Below, one piece after another: positions 29,455-38,670 of a stretch of DNA of 64,000 nt. Under the pieces are notes generated by a model. That model was not told where the DNA came from. It did no database searches and was given only the letters and a program-made list of their open reading frames with translations. The translations under genes were made by a program, and so were the position numbers. Where the stretch lies: NCBI GenBank assembly GCA_963667015.2, contig CAXXJJ010000004.1:2304001-2368000 (forward strand). The letters are read 5' to 3'. Positions within the stretch are counted from its first letter, which is position 1. Each line of letters begins with the position of its first letter. The stretch comes from Desulfatiglandales bacterium. Its GTDB lineage: Bacteria; Desulfobacterota; DSM-4660; Desulfatiglandales; HGW-15.

Positions 29455-29470
29455 TGGCATGATTTCTGCT
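29455..29470 (+). promoter_or_regulatory. Sigma-54 promoter (-24/-12)
   Basis: TGGCATGATTTCTGCT (GG-N10-GC); IHF-consensus match at 29423-29435; palindrome GTCAA-N4-TTGAC at 29336-29349. Confidence 0.7.
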
Positions 29471-29526
29471 TATCTAATATATATAATCTCTAAAGTATTA
29501 ATAAATTTATTAGCGGGAAAATCAAA

Positions 29527-29913
29527 ATGTCGGAAGGAACCAAAGATATCTTGATAGTTGATGATGAAGAGCAGATGCGTCTTGCCCTGAGAAGAATGCT
29601 TGAAAGAGAGGGGTACTCTGTAAGAGAGGCTGAAAATGGTGACAAGGCAATCCGTATCCATAGAGAAAAACAGGCCGACTTGATAATAACAGACATAATA
29701 ATGCCTGACAAGGAAGGACTGGGCACTATTGTTGAAATAAAAAATGAATTTCCGAATACGAAAATTTTTGCAATGTCCGGAGGCGGGAAAAACGCTCCTG
29801 AGCAATACCTGCGCATGGCTACCGGACTGGGCGTTGACAGGGTATTTATTAAACCCTTTAACAGGGAAAAAATTCTGTCGGCAGTTGCAGAAGTGCTGGG
29901 ACAGGAAGAGTAG
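29527..29913 (+). CDS. Single-domain response regulator
   Basis: ILIVDDE, ITDIIMP, AMSGG, KPF. Confidence 0.92.
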   Translation: MSEGTKDILIVDDEEQMRLALRRMLEREGYSVREAENGDKAIRIHREKQADLIITDIIMPDKEGLGTIVEIKNEFPNTKIFAMSGGGKNAPEQYLRMATGLGVDRVFIKPFNREKILSAVAEVLGQEE

Positions 29914-29914
29914 A

Positions 29915-31651
29915 TCAGCCTCCTATGTATGCCTGCTCAATACTTTTCATATAAGATTCAATACCGCCTACAATACCTTCAGACAGCGCTTCTTTATAAT
30001 TTTCATTTAAAAGCCTGGTTCTTTCCGTGCTGTTTGTTATAAATCCCGTTTCAATCAATATGGCTGGCATTTCAGCACCAACCAGCACATAAAATGGAGC
30101 CTGCTTTACTCCTAGGCTTTTATAGGGTGTATATTTTTTCTTTACATCATTTATCATTCCATTTTGCACCATTGAAGCCAGTTTACTCGACTCACTTATT
30201 TTTGTGGCCTGCAACATCTCTTTCAGGATTGATTGCAGATCACTGATATTTTTCTCAGAAGTTGCATTCTCCCTTGCAGCAACCATAACTGCCTGCCGAT
30301 CACTCGCAGGATTCAAAAAGTATGTTTCAATTCCGAAAATATTACTTTGCTTATGGGCATTGACATGAAGGGATATGAACAGGTCTGCATTTTTTGAAGT
30401 CGCAAATGCCGTTCTTTCATCCAGAGGTATAAACGTATCTGTTGTCCTTGTGAGCAGGACTTCACAACCTAACTTGCTTTCAATTTTTGTTTTTAATTTC
30501 TTTGCCAGAGAAAGAGTTATATCTTTTTCTTTTATTCCGCCGTTGAATATACAACCCGGGTCCTTTCCGCCATGACCGGGGTCAATAACTATTCTTTTAA
30601 CAGTCAGGCCCAGCTGCCTTGCGAGGGATATTGTCTCATCTGTAATCTTTGGTTTCTGTACACTTTTTTTGCCGGCAGCCCCGGTTTTTGTATTGACGTT
30701 ATCAGCTCCGGCCGTGTTTTTATCGCCATGAACGTCCACCACTATCCTGAATGGATCATGAAGACGAAATGTTTTATAGCGGCTGATATTATCAATATCC
30801 AGAACAACCCTCACCGTATCGGGATTATACTGTCCCGCCCTTGCTGACCATAAAAGTCCATCCTTTATTGGAATAGAACTTTCAATATCCTTTCCTATCT
30901 TTGTATTTTTCAGGTCAAGATAAAGCCTTCTGGGCTTCTGGAGTTTCTGGTCCATTTTTAAAAGGTGGTCAATGTATTCAGCCGGCTTATCAAGATCAAT
31001 CACCACCCTTGTGTAGGTCGATGTTGACAGTTTACGTATATTCATGACCGTTGCAAATCCATCCGCTGACGCTGCATTTTCATCCACCGGTGCGTCATCT
31101 TTTTGCTGGTCACCCAATAGATTTGAGAGCTTCTCCATCATCTGTTTTGCCCTGGGACGCATATCGCCGGTGGGATACTTGATATCTACCTTAAGAAACT
31201 CTATATAGGCTTGGGTCATATTGTTTTTATTTGAATAATAGATGTCTCCCATCCTGTATTGTGCATCATCGGCAAGCCTGTGGTCAGGATAATCTTCGGT
31301 TACTCTTTCATATAATTCCAATGCGGTGTCCAGATCGGTTTCCAGGCCCGAATATTTACTGAGCTTTGCATACATACCTGCTGCCCGGAACATTGCCCAG
31401 GGGGCCTCTTCGCTTTTAGGATATTTATTATATATCTTTTCATAGAGGCCAATAGGCTTCTCCCAGTTATGCCTGAAGTCCATGCGTTTTGTTGATTTGT
31501 AGAGTGACTTTCTGCTGCTGTCTGCCTTAGCAAGCAATCCGGAAGTAGAGGTACCTGCGTCACATTCAGATACCGGAGATGTAAACAATATGCAGAAAGA
31601 GATAAAGAATAAGGCGAATGAATAAATTCTGCGATAGACAAATCCTGTCAT
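29915..31651 (-). CDS. N-acetylmuramoyl-L-alanine amidase (TPR + AMIN + Amidase_3)
   Basis: Signal peptide, TPRs (LADDAQY), TRVVIDL / VRVVLD AMIN, IDPGHGGKDPG, SLHVNA, ILIETGF. Confidence 0.92.
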   Translation of the reverse strand: MTGFVYRRIYSFALFFISFCILFTSPVSECDAGTSTSGLLAKADSSRKSLYKSTKRMDFRHNWEKPIGLYEKIYNKYPKSEEAPWAMFRAAGMYAKLSKYSGLETDLDTALELYERVTEDYPDHRLADDAQYRMGDIYYSNKNNMTQAYIEFLKVDIKYPTGDMRPRAKQMMEKLSNLLGDQQKDDAPVDENAASADGFATVMNIRKLSTSTYTRVVIDLDKPAEYIDHLLKMDQKLQKPRRLYLDLKNTKIGKDIESSIPIKDGLLWSARAGQYNPDTVRVVLDIDNISRYKTFRLHDPFRIVVDVHGDKNTAGADNVNTKTGAAGKKSVQKPKITDETISLARQLGLTVKRIVIDPGHGGKDPGCIFNGGIKEKDITLSLAKKLKTKIESKLGCEVLLTRTTDTFIPLDERTAFATSKNADLFISLHVNAHKQSNIFGIETYFLNPASDRQAVMVAARENATSEKNISDLQSILKEMLQATKISESSKLASMVQNGMINDVKKKYTPYKSLGVKQAPFYVLVGAEMPAILIETGFITNSTERTRLLNENYKEALSEGIVGGIESYMKSIEQAYIGG

Positions 31652-34257
31652 GACAAACCATCCACATATTTTTTTAATTTATCCAGCTCTATCAGTGCAT
31701 CAAGCGGAGTCATACCCGAGACATCGATATCTTTAATCCACCTTTCTATCCGGCTTTCCGCATTACCGAACAGGTTTAGCTGGGCGCTCCCATTTCTGCC
31801 TTCACCCGCACTGGACCTGGCTATTTTGGGTCTGCCAAGGTCATCAATATCTTCATTCTCAAGGTTTTCAAGGATTTCCTTTGCCCGGTCAATAACCTTT
31901 TCCGGAATACCGGCAATCCTGGCAACCTGAATACCATAGCTTCTGCTTGTGCTCCCGGGGACCATCTTCCTTAAAAAAATAATCTGATCCTTCCACTCCT
32001 TGACTGCAACATTAAAATTCTTGACCCTTGATTTTGCGGACAAAAGTTCAGTCAGCTCATGATAATGGGTGGCAAAAATCGTCCTTACGCCCTTGTTATC
32101 CATATCATGAAGGGCCTCGGCCACTGCCCATGCAATGCTCAGACCATCATATGTGCTGGTTCCCCGCCCTATTTCATCAAGTATTACAAGGCTCTTTGAA
32201 GTAGCATGACGAAGGATGTTTGCAGTTTCATCCATCTCCACCATAAATGTACTCTGACCTCTTGTAAGGTCATCGGATGCCCCTATCCTTGTAAATATCC
32301 TGTCGACAATCCCTATTACAGCCTTTGAAGCCGGAACAAAACCTCCCATCTGCGCCATTAATACTGTGAGAGCGGTCTGTCTCAGGATCGTGGATTTACC
32401 GGCCATATTAGGGCCGGTGATAATCATTATCTGTTGTTCCGAGTCATCAAGGTAGATGTCATTTGGTACAAAATCCTCATCCTTTACAGTCTGCTCAATT
32501 ACCGGATGTCTGCCGTCCACTATATTGATAACACCTTCTCCGTTTACCTCCGGACACACATATCCGTTTTGTTCTGCGACCTCTGCCAGACCAGCCAGTG
32601 CATCAATTGCCCCGATCTTTGCCGCGGTATCCTTGATTCGGCGGTTTTCAAGGGCGATCTTTGAACGGATATTTTCAAAAATACTTAACTCAAGTTCAAT
32701 ACGTTTTTCTTCGGCTCCAATAACCTTGTCTTCATGCTCCTTGAGAGCTTCGGTAATATACCTCTCACAATTCACCAGAGTCTGTTTTCTGATATAATCA
32801 TCCGGAACAAGATGAATATTGGATTTTGTTATCTCTATAAAATACCCGAATACCTTGTTGTATCCTATCTTAAGCTTTGGAATGCCTGTCCTTTCCTGTT
32901 CCTGCCGGGCAAGCTCATTTATCCATTTTTTCCCGTGTCTTGTAATCGATATCAACTCGTCGAGTTCGGCATTATAACCTTCCCTTATAAGCCCGCCCTC
33001 CCTGAGAGAAACCGGAGGTTCTTCGCATATTGCCTCCTCTATTATTTCGGCAATATCCTGAAGGGTATCGAGATTTTCGGCAATATCAGACAGCAGCTCG
33101 CTTGTAGATATTGCCAGCCGGTTTTTGATTGCCGGAAGCTTCATGACTGAGGTCTTGAGCGCCACCAGATCACGCGCATTCGCGCGGCCAAGAGAGACCT
33201 TGCCATTCAGTCTTTCAAGGTCATATATACCGTCAAGCTGTTCCCTGATATCTTCACGAAAAATCGGGTCATCCCTGAAATTTGACACTGCCGCAAGTCT
33301 CTGTTTGATTTTTCCCAGGTCCACAAGAGGATATCCTATCCATCTCTTCAGGAGCCGGCTCCCCATGGGAGTGACTGTCTTTTCAAGGATTTTAAAGAGA
33401 GACCCTTTGGAAGATCGCCTGCGCATGGTTTCAAACAATTCAAGACTTAGAGTGGTTGACTCATCCAGGAACATATAATCACCCAGATGGTAGGTTGTAA
33501 TCTCTTTAATATGATCAGGATTACCCTTCTGGGTTTCCCTGAGATACTGGGCAATGGAACCTGCTGCAGCCGTACCCTCTTTCATATTCTCACAACCGAA
33601 ACCTGCAAGGGATTTTACACCGAGTTGCTCCTTCAGGATAAGCTCTGACCTGTTCCTGTCATATTCGGTACTCTTCAGTACTTCAATCCTGTACCGGGCA
33701 AGCTCCCTGTTTTCAATCAACGGATCCGACTCATAAAGCAGCAGTTCGGCCGGCTCTATTCTTCCCAGTTCATCGAACAGCTCCCGCCATTCCCTTACCT
33801 CTGTTACCCTGAAATCGCCGGTAGACAGATCAACATGGGCAAGTCCGTAGACATGGTCACCGGAAACAACAGCTGCCATATAAAGATTGCGGTCACTCTC
33901 AATATCCAGCTCTTCAACAACAGAACCGGGGGTTATTACACGTACAACATCCCTCTTTACAATACCCTTGCTTTTTTTAGGATCTTCAACCTGCTCACAG
34001 ACAGCAACCTTGCATCCGCTTTCTATGAGTTTCGCCACATAGGATCTTGATGAATGGTGGGGAACTCCGCACATGGGAATCTTGCTTCCATTGTAAGATC
34101 CTCTCGATGTAAGTGTAATACCGAGTATTTTTGATGCCTTCTCGGCATCATCAAAAAACATTTCATAGAAGTCGCCCATCCGGTAAAATAAAATAGTATC
34201 AGGATAGGAATTTTTAATATCAAGAAACTGCCTGAGCATAGGTGTCATTTCGCTCAT
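31648..34257 (-). CDS. mutS: DNA mismatch repair protein MutS
   Basis: TPMLRQF, FYRMGDFYEMF, TGPNMAGKST, STFMVEM, DEIGRGT, FATHY. Confidence 0.98.
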   Translation of the reverse strand: MSEMTPMLRQFLDIKNSYPDTILFYRMGDFYEMFFDDAEKASKILGITLTSRGSYNGSKIPMCGVPHHSSRSYVAKLIESGCKVAVCEQVEDPKKSKGIVKRDVVRVITPGSVVEELDIESDRNLYMAAVVSGDHVYGLAHVDLSTGDFRVTEVREWRELFDELGRIEPAELLLYESDPLIENRELARYRIEVLKSTEYDRNRSELILKEQLGVKSLAGFGCENMKEGTAAAGSIAQYLRETQKGNPDHIKEITTYHLGDYMFLDESTTLSLELFETMRRRSSKGSLFKILEKTVTPMGSRLLKRWIGYPLVDLGKIKQRLAAVSNFRDDPIFREDIREQLDGIYDLERLNGKVSLGRANARDLVALKTSVMKLPAIKNRLAISTSELLSDIAENLDTLQDIAEIIEEAICEEPPVSLREGGLIREGYNAELDELISITRHGKKWINELARQEQERTGIPKLKIGYNKVFGYFIEITKSNIHLVPDDYIRKQTLVNCERYITEALKEHEDKVIGAEEKRIELELSIFENIRSKIALENRRIKDTAAKIGAIDALAGLAEVAEQNGYVCPEVNGEGVINIVDGRHPVIEQTVKDEDFVPNDIYLDDSEQQIMIITGPNMAGKSTILRQTALTVLMAQMGGFVPASKAVIGIVDRIFTRIGASDDLTRGQSTFMVEMDETANILRHATSKSLVILDEIGRGTSTYDGLSIAWAVAEALHDMDNKGVRTIFATHYHELTELLSAKSRVKNFNVAVKEWKDQIIFLRKMVPGSTSRSYGIQVARIAGIPEKVIDRAKEILENLENEDIDDLGRPKIARSSAGEGRNGSAQLNLFGNAESRIERWIKDIDVSGMTPLDALIELDKLKKYVDGLS

Positions 34258-35531
34258 GATTCTTCCCCCTGACTATGCTCAAAAGATTCTTTCAGAAGCA
34301 GCTCCGGTCTCGAAATTGTACGCAGATTCTTTAACCCGGAATCAATAAAAGAAATGGTGTCCCATTTTTTACACTGGGGGCATTGCCATTGGAGATCGCC
34401 AGGCTGGAAACCGCAGTTAATGCACTGAAATTCAGGATAACGAAAATTCAACCGGGGCAGCAGGTCCCGGTATGCATTCAGGGCTTCGGCAGACCTGCCT
34501 GTTTCAAGTAAAATCTCACCCATAAACCTTCTTACTTCCCAGAAGACGGAATCAAGTTCAAGCGCTTTCTTAAGTTCATCAAGAGCCTCATCATATTTTT
34601 TTTCATTATACATGCATCGCGCAAGGGCAAGGTGAGTAAAGGCATCGGAATTGAACCGGGCACACTCCTTAAGAAAATTCTCTATCTGTTTTACGTCCTT
34701 TAATTTATCGTAGGCTCCCTCAAGTCTTCGGTAGGCAAGAAAAGTCAATTTAGGTGATATATTTACGATGCGACGCCATGTAGACATTGCCTGTTTTACG
34801 TCTCCAGTGGAAAGAAAAAGATCCCCCAGATGAAGATAGGCGTCAATACAATGCTTATCAATTGAAATTGCCTTTTTCAGTATTGATTTGGCCTTTACTG
34901 TTTCACCTTTTTCAAACAGGGCCTTTCCGGCTTCTGTCTTGTGATGAGCCAGTATATTTCTGTGATCACCTTTTTTGAGTTTCGCAATTTTTTGACGAAT
35001 GGAAAAGGCGTTTTCCCAGTCTTTCATCTCCTCATAAATTTTTTCCAGTTCTTCGAGTGTGGGTAAATTCGAAGGTTGTTTTTGCAGGACTTTCAGAAAT
35101 GATTCAAGGGCGCGGTCTAGAAAACCACCTTTTTTATAGTCAAGCCCGAGATCATACAAGGCCCTGAGTTTTGTTTCTTCATCTATATTCTGCCTGAGGA
35201 TAATGGTCTTACGGATATGTATCGCCCTGTCTATATCACCCCTGGACCTGTACAGGTTTCCAAGCGCAATATATGTTTCTATTGTATCTGAATTAACCTG
35301 GACGGATTTTGCAAATTCTTCTATAGCAAGATCTGGATCATTGGAAAGGAGGTATTGTATACCTCTAAAAAAGGCATTATCACCTTTATCAATATTTGAA
35401 TTTCTTGTGCTGCTGTATTTTGCCCCGAAGTATCTTCCTAATAAAAAAACTAAAACCAGGGCTATAATAAGGCAGGATACAAACCTTATAACCTCAGGAT
35501 CAGCAATATACTGCCAGACCTGTTCGAACAT
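34254..35531 (-). CDS. lapB: Lipopolysaccharide assembly protein B (TPR + rubredoxin-like Zn site)
   Basis: N-terminal TM helix, ALGNLYRSRG..RAI.I, C-terminal CINCG...WQCPQC..W. Confidence 0.85.
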   Translation of the reverse strand: MFEQVWQYIADPEVIRFVSCLIIALVLVFLLGRYFGAKYSSTRNSNIDKGDNAFFRGIQYLLSNDPDLAIEEFAKSVQVNSDTIETYIALGNLYRSRGDIDRAIHIRKTIILRQNIDEETKLRALYDLGLDYKKGGFLDRALESFLKVLQKQPSNLPTLEELEKIYEEMKDWENAFSIRQKIAKLKKGDHRNILAHHKTEAGKALFEKGETVKAKSILKKAISIDKHCIDAYLHLGDLFLSTGDVKQAMSTWRRIVNISPKLTFLAYRRLEGAYDKLKDVKQIENFLKECARFNSDAFTHLALARCMYNEKKYDEALDELKKALELDSVFWEVRRFMGEILLETGRSAEALNAYRDLLPRLNFRYPEFQCINCGFQPGDLQWQCPQCKKWDTISFIDSGLKNLRTISRPELLLKESFEHSQGEES

Positions 35532-35544
35532 TTCTTATCCCCGT

Positions 35545-35901
35545 CTATGTGAATTCTATATCATCATCCTGGACGCCGGGAGTTATACCCTCCGAAACAA
35601 TTGGCAGGTTTCTCAAGGAATTCAACTCTTTGTCTTTTTCCATAGACTCTTTTTTCAATCTCTTAATCTGTTTTCTCAATTGAATTCTCTCTAGTAGATC
35701 ATAAATCCAGATAATTATTACGCCCAGTACAAAGGATATTATAGAAAGCAAATATATGTTTAACTCGGGTGATTCAAATTTGGCAAACTTGAAATCAGCT
35801 TTTAAAATAATTTTTGTACTGAATGCTTCATCATTTTGCACCAGAAGAATAAATATAAACAGGAATATAAAAATCATAAATAAATATTTAATATGTTTCA
35901 T
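35545..35901 (-). CDS. lapA: LapA family membrane protein
   Basis: Two TM helices with VQN, C-terminal coiled coil ending ELNSLRNLP; upstream of lapB. Confidence 0.75.
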   Translation of the reverse strand: MKHIKYLFMIFIFLFIFILLVQNDEAFSTKIILKADFKFAKFESPELNIYLLSIISFVLGVIIIWIYDLLERIQLRKQIKRLKKESMEKDKELNSLRNLPIVSEGITPGVQDDDIEFT

Positions 35902-35992
35902 ACTGAATTCTCCTTCCTCTTCATGCGATTAATACCCAACAATATATTTTTATAATTACCCGGTTATTGCCAAAGATATATCGCTCTATCTT

Positions 35993-36478
35993 TTATATAT
36001 TTTCAAAATATGGTTTCAGTTTTTTAAAGGTCTCCCGTATATGCTCGGGAATCAAGCGGACCTCTCCAAGGACTGTCATAAAGTTGGAATCTCCGTTCCA
36101 CCTTGGGACTATATGAAAATGCATGTGCTCCTCAACACCTGCGCCCGCAACCTTTCCGAGATTCAACCCGACATTGAACCCATCGGGATTAAATGCCTTT
36201 TTTAATATTTCAACTGTATCATTTACTTTTAACATAATGTCGAGACGCTCCTCATCTTCAAGCATATCAAGACCAAAACAATGTTTAATCGGGCAAACCA
36301 GTAAATGGCCATTTGAGTAAGGATACTTATTCATAATGACCATTGATTTATCTCCCACATACAGTATCAAGCGTTCTTCATCATTTTCCCTGTTTTCACC
36401 CGCACAAAAAATACAACCCTGCTGTTTTTTACTGGATAGAATATATTCCATTCGCCAGGGTGTCCAGAGCACTTCCAT
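35993..36478 (-). CDS. HIT-domain protein (diadenosine polyphosphate hydrolase/phosphorylase-like)
   Basis: LWTPWRMEYI, CIFC, NKYPY..GH, AGAGV..HMHFHIVPRW.GD.NF. Confidence 0.9.
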   Translation of the reverse strand: MEVLWTPWRMEYILSSKKQQGCIFCAGENRENDEERLILYVGDKSMVIMNKYPYSNGHLLVCPIKHCFGLDMLEDEERLDIMLKVNDTVEILKKAFNPDGFNVGLNLGKVAGAGVEEHMHFHIVPRWNGDSNFMTVLGEVRLIPEHIRETFKKLKPYFENI

Positions 36479-36653
36479 TAATTCCTCCGTTGCGGTTTTA
36501 TGACAAATATTGCAAAATAAACAAATTTTAATGAGATTATAGCAATATCATGAAAAAGACAAGTTGTAATCCAATATGTATAAATGGTTTGACTGACACA
36601 TATTTTTTTTGTATTCCCTGTCATAAAACCAGAAGTAAACACGAGGAACTGAT

Positions 36654-37146
36654 ATGCCGATATACGAATTCTACTGTAAAAAATGCCACACAATATTCAA
36701 TTTCTTCTCCAGCTCGGTAAATGTCGAAAAAACACCAACCTGCCCTAAATGCAATAAGATAAAACTGGAAAGGCAAATGTCAAAATTTGCAACCATAAAG
36801 CACAAGGGTGATGAACCGGATGACATGCCCATGCCGGACATGGATGAATCAAAGCTCGAACAGGCCATGAATATTGCTGGCAAAGGAAGCGGAAAACATT
36901 AATGAGGATGATCCCAGGCAGGCGGCAAACCTGATGAGAAAGCTGTCAGACATGACAGGTCTTAACCTGGGTCCTGGCATGGAAGAGGCTCTTGCACGAA
37001 TGGAGGCAGGAGAAGATCCTGAGCAGATAGAATCGGAAATGGGTGATCTCCTGGAAGGCGAAGATCCATTCAGCTTCAAAGAAAAAACATTTAAGCTGCT
37101 CAGGGAGCGGCCTCCAAAGGTAGATGAAGAACTTTACTATCTCTAG
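36654..37146 (+). pseudogene. FmdB-family zinc-ribbon regulatory protein, +1 frameshift near 36873
   Basis: MPIYEFYCKKC...CPKC; removing one T in ATGAATATTGCTG gives AMNMLAKEAENINEDDPRQAANLMRK...RMEAGEDPEQIE. Confidence 0.8.
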
Positions 37147-37196
37147 TTTAAGAGAAACAGCCTCACAATTATTTTTTCTAAAGGGAGGACAACATC

Positions 37197-37850
37197 ATGA
37201 AAATAAAATGGAATGGTCATGCAAGTTTTACAATAACCGCTGCCGACGGAACAGTTCTTGTTACCGATCCCTATGATCCAAATGGTTATGACGGAGCATT
37301 GCAGTATGCAGAGGTAAAAGACCGGGCAGATGGAGCTGTTATCAGTCACGATCATGCTGACCACAATTATGCAGAAGGTCTTGCAGGCGATCCACTGGTG
37401 ATAAGGGGATCAGACAGCGTAAAGGGCATTGAAATAGAGGGAATTGAGACCTTTCATGATGAATCAAAGGGATCAGAACGCGGTAAAAATGTGGTTTTTA
37501 TTCTCAATATTGACGGCATGAAGACCTGTTTTTGCGGTGATCTTGGTCACCAGCTTTCTGATGAACAGGTTGCAGCTGCAGGAAAAATCGACATACTTCT
37601 CGTACCGATCGGCGGGTTTTTCACTCTTGATGCTGAAGGCGCTGCACAGTTAGTGCAAACCCTCAAACCGAAGATTGTTATTCCAATGCATTACAAAACC
37701 TCAAAATGCGGATTTCCCATCAGTGATGCCGAACCTTTTCTGTCTCTCATGAAGGATGTAAAAAAACTGGATAAAACGGAAATTGAGATTAACGCTGAAG
37801 GGCTGCCAACAGCAGGAACTGAGGTATGGGTATTGAATCACGCGTGTTGA
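37197..37850 (+). CDS. Metallo-beta-lactamase-fold hydrolase
   Basis: W.GHASF, DPY, SHDHADH, GDLGH, PIGG, IPMHY. Confidence 0.9.
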   Translation: MKIKWNGHASFTITAADGTVLVTDPYDPNGYDGALQYAEVKDRADGAVISHDHADHNYAEGLAGDPLVIRGSDSVKGIEIEGIETFHDESKGSERGKNVVFILNIDGMKTCFCGDLGHQLSDEQVAAAGKIDILLVPIGGFFTLDAEGAAQLVQTLKPKIVIPMHYKTSKCGFPISDAEPFLSLMKDVKKLDKTEIEINAEGLPTAGTEVWVLNHAC

Positions 37851-37858
37851 TAAAAAAA

Positions 37859-37924
37859 GGTTTACGGTATACGGTTTTAGGCATAAGGTTTCTTTAAATC
37901 ACCCTTAACCGTATACCTTACGCC
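37859..37924. repeat. Second inverted GGNNNNN heptamer array between convergent genes
   Basis: ggtttac ggtatac ggtttta ggcataa ggtttct ... cccttaa ccgtata ccttacg cc. Confidence 0.65.
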
Positions 37925-38652
37925 TTTCCTATTGCCTTTAATTCCACCTCACCCCAGGCAGTCATCTCATCATCCATAATGGCTACCCCGCCCAGTACAC
38001 CATCAATAGCATTCGCTTCTTCGGAAATCCTTCGGAGATCTTTTTTGGTTTTTATCCTGTTTCCAAGGGCAGTTGCCGCAGCATCCGCAAGAACAGCGGA
38101 CCGAGAAAGGATGCACACAACATCAGAGTTCCCCATGCTTAGGGAATGCCCTATTCTGCCCGAAGATGAACAAACACCCAGGGGCATCATTCTTTCCGGT
38201 ATAACAATACCGACTTTTTCACTCAAGGGTGACGTACCGGCAAAGATGGAAACCGTGACATCCCTTGAGACATTCATATATATATCACCGCCATTTTCAA
38301 TAATTACCTGATCCGAAAGATTTTTAAGTCCATATGCAACATGCTGAGCCATTGCACCGGCAATGGATGCCATTGGACCGACACCTGCTTTTCCTGAGCA
38401 TGAGATCATATCACGGACAATTCTGGGGGCATAAAGGTCATCGGGATAGGGTTCAAGTGCGGTCTGAAAATCAGGATGCAACATGATATAGCTTTCAAGC
38501 TTATACCTGAGATCGTAGACGATATCTTCAGTTTCCTTTTTATAATCATCAGCAGCACTTATCCATAGATCGGTTTCCTTTATGCTGACATTGTATGCAG
38601 TCAGGTCGCTGATTTTTATTTTATTTCTATAATTACGCTCTACATATTCCAA
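37918..38652 (-). CDS. UPF0280 / ApbE-superfamily protein
   Basis: ETDL, GVGPMASIAG, IIENGGDI, GVCSSSG..GHSLS.G, LADAAATA. Confidence 0.87.
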   Translation of the reverse strand: MEYVERNYRNKIKISDLTAYNVSIKETDLWISAADDYKKETEDIVYDLRYKLESYIMLHPDFQTALEPYPDDLYAPRIVRDMISCSGKAGVGPMASIAGAMAQHVAYGLKNLSDQVIIENGGDIYMNVSRDVTVSIFAGTSPLSEKVGIVIPERMMPLGVCSSSGRIGHSLSMGNSDVVCILSRSAVLADAAATALGNRIKTKKDLRRISEEANAIDGVLGGVAIMDDEMTAWGEVELKAIGKA

Positions 38653-38670
38653 TTCTGTTCAATCCCCTGT

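Noticed and set aside
29915..36478. HIT-lapA-lapB-mutS-amidase operon as a novel system
   Set aside because: Housekeeping genes in an arrangement I recall as common in deltaproteobacteria.
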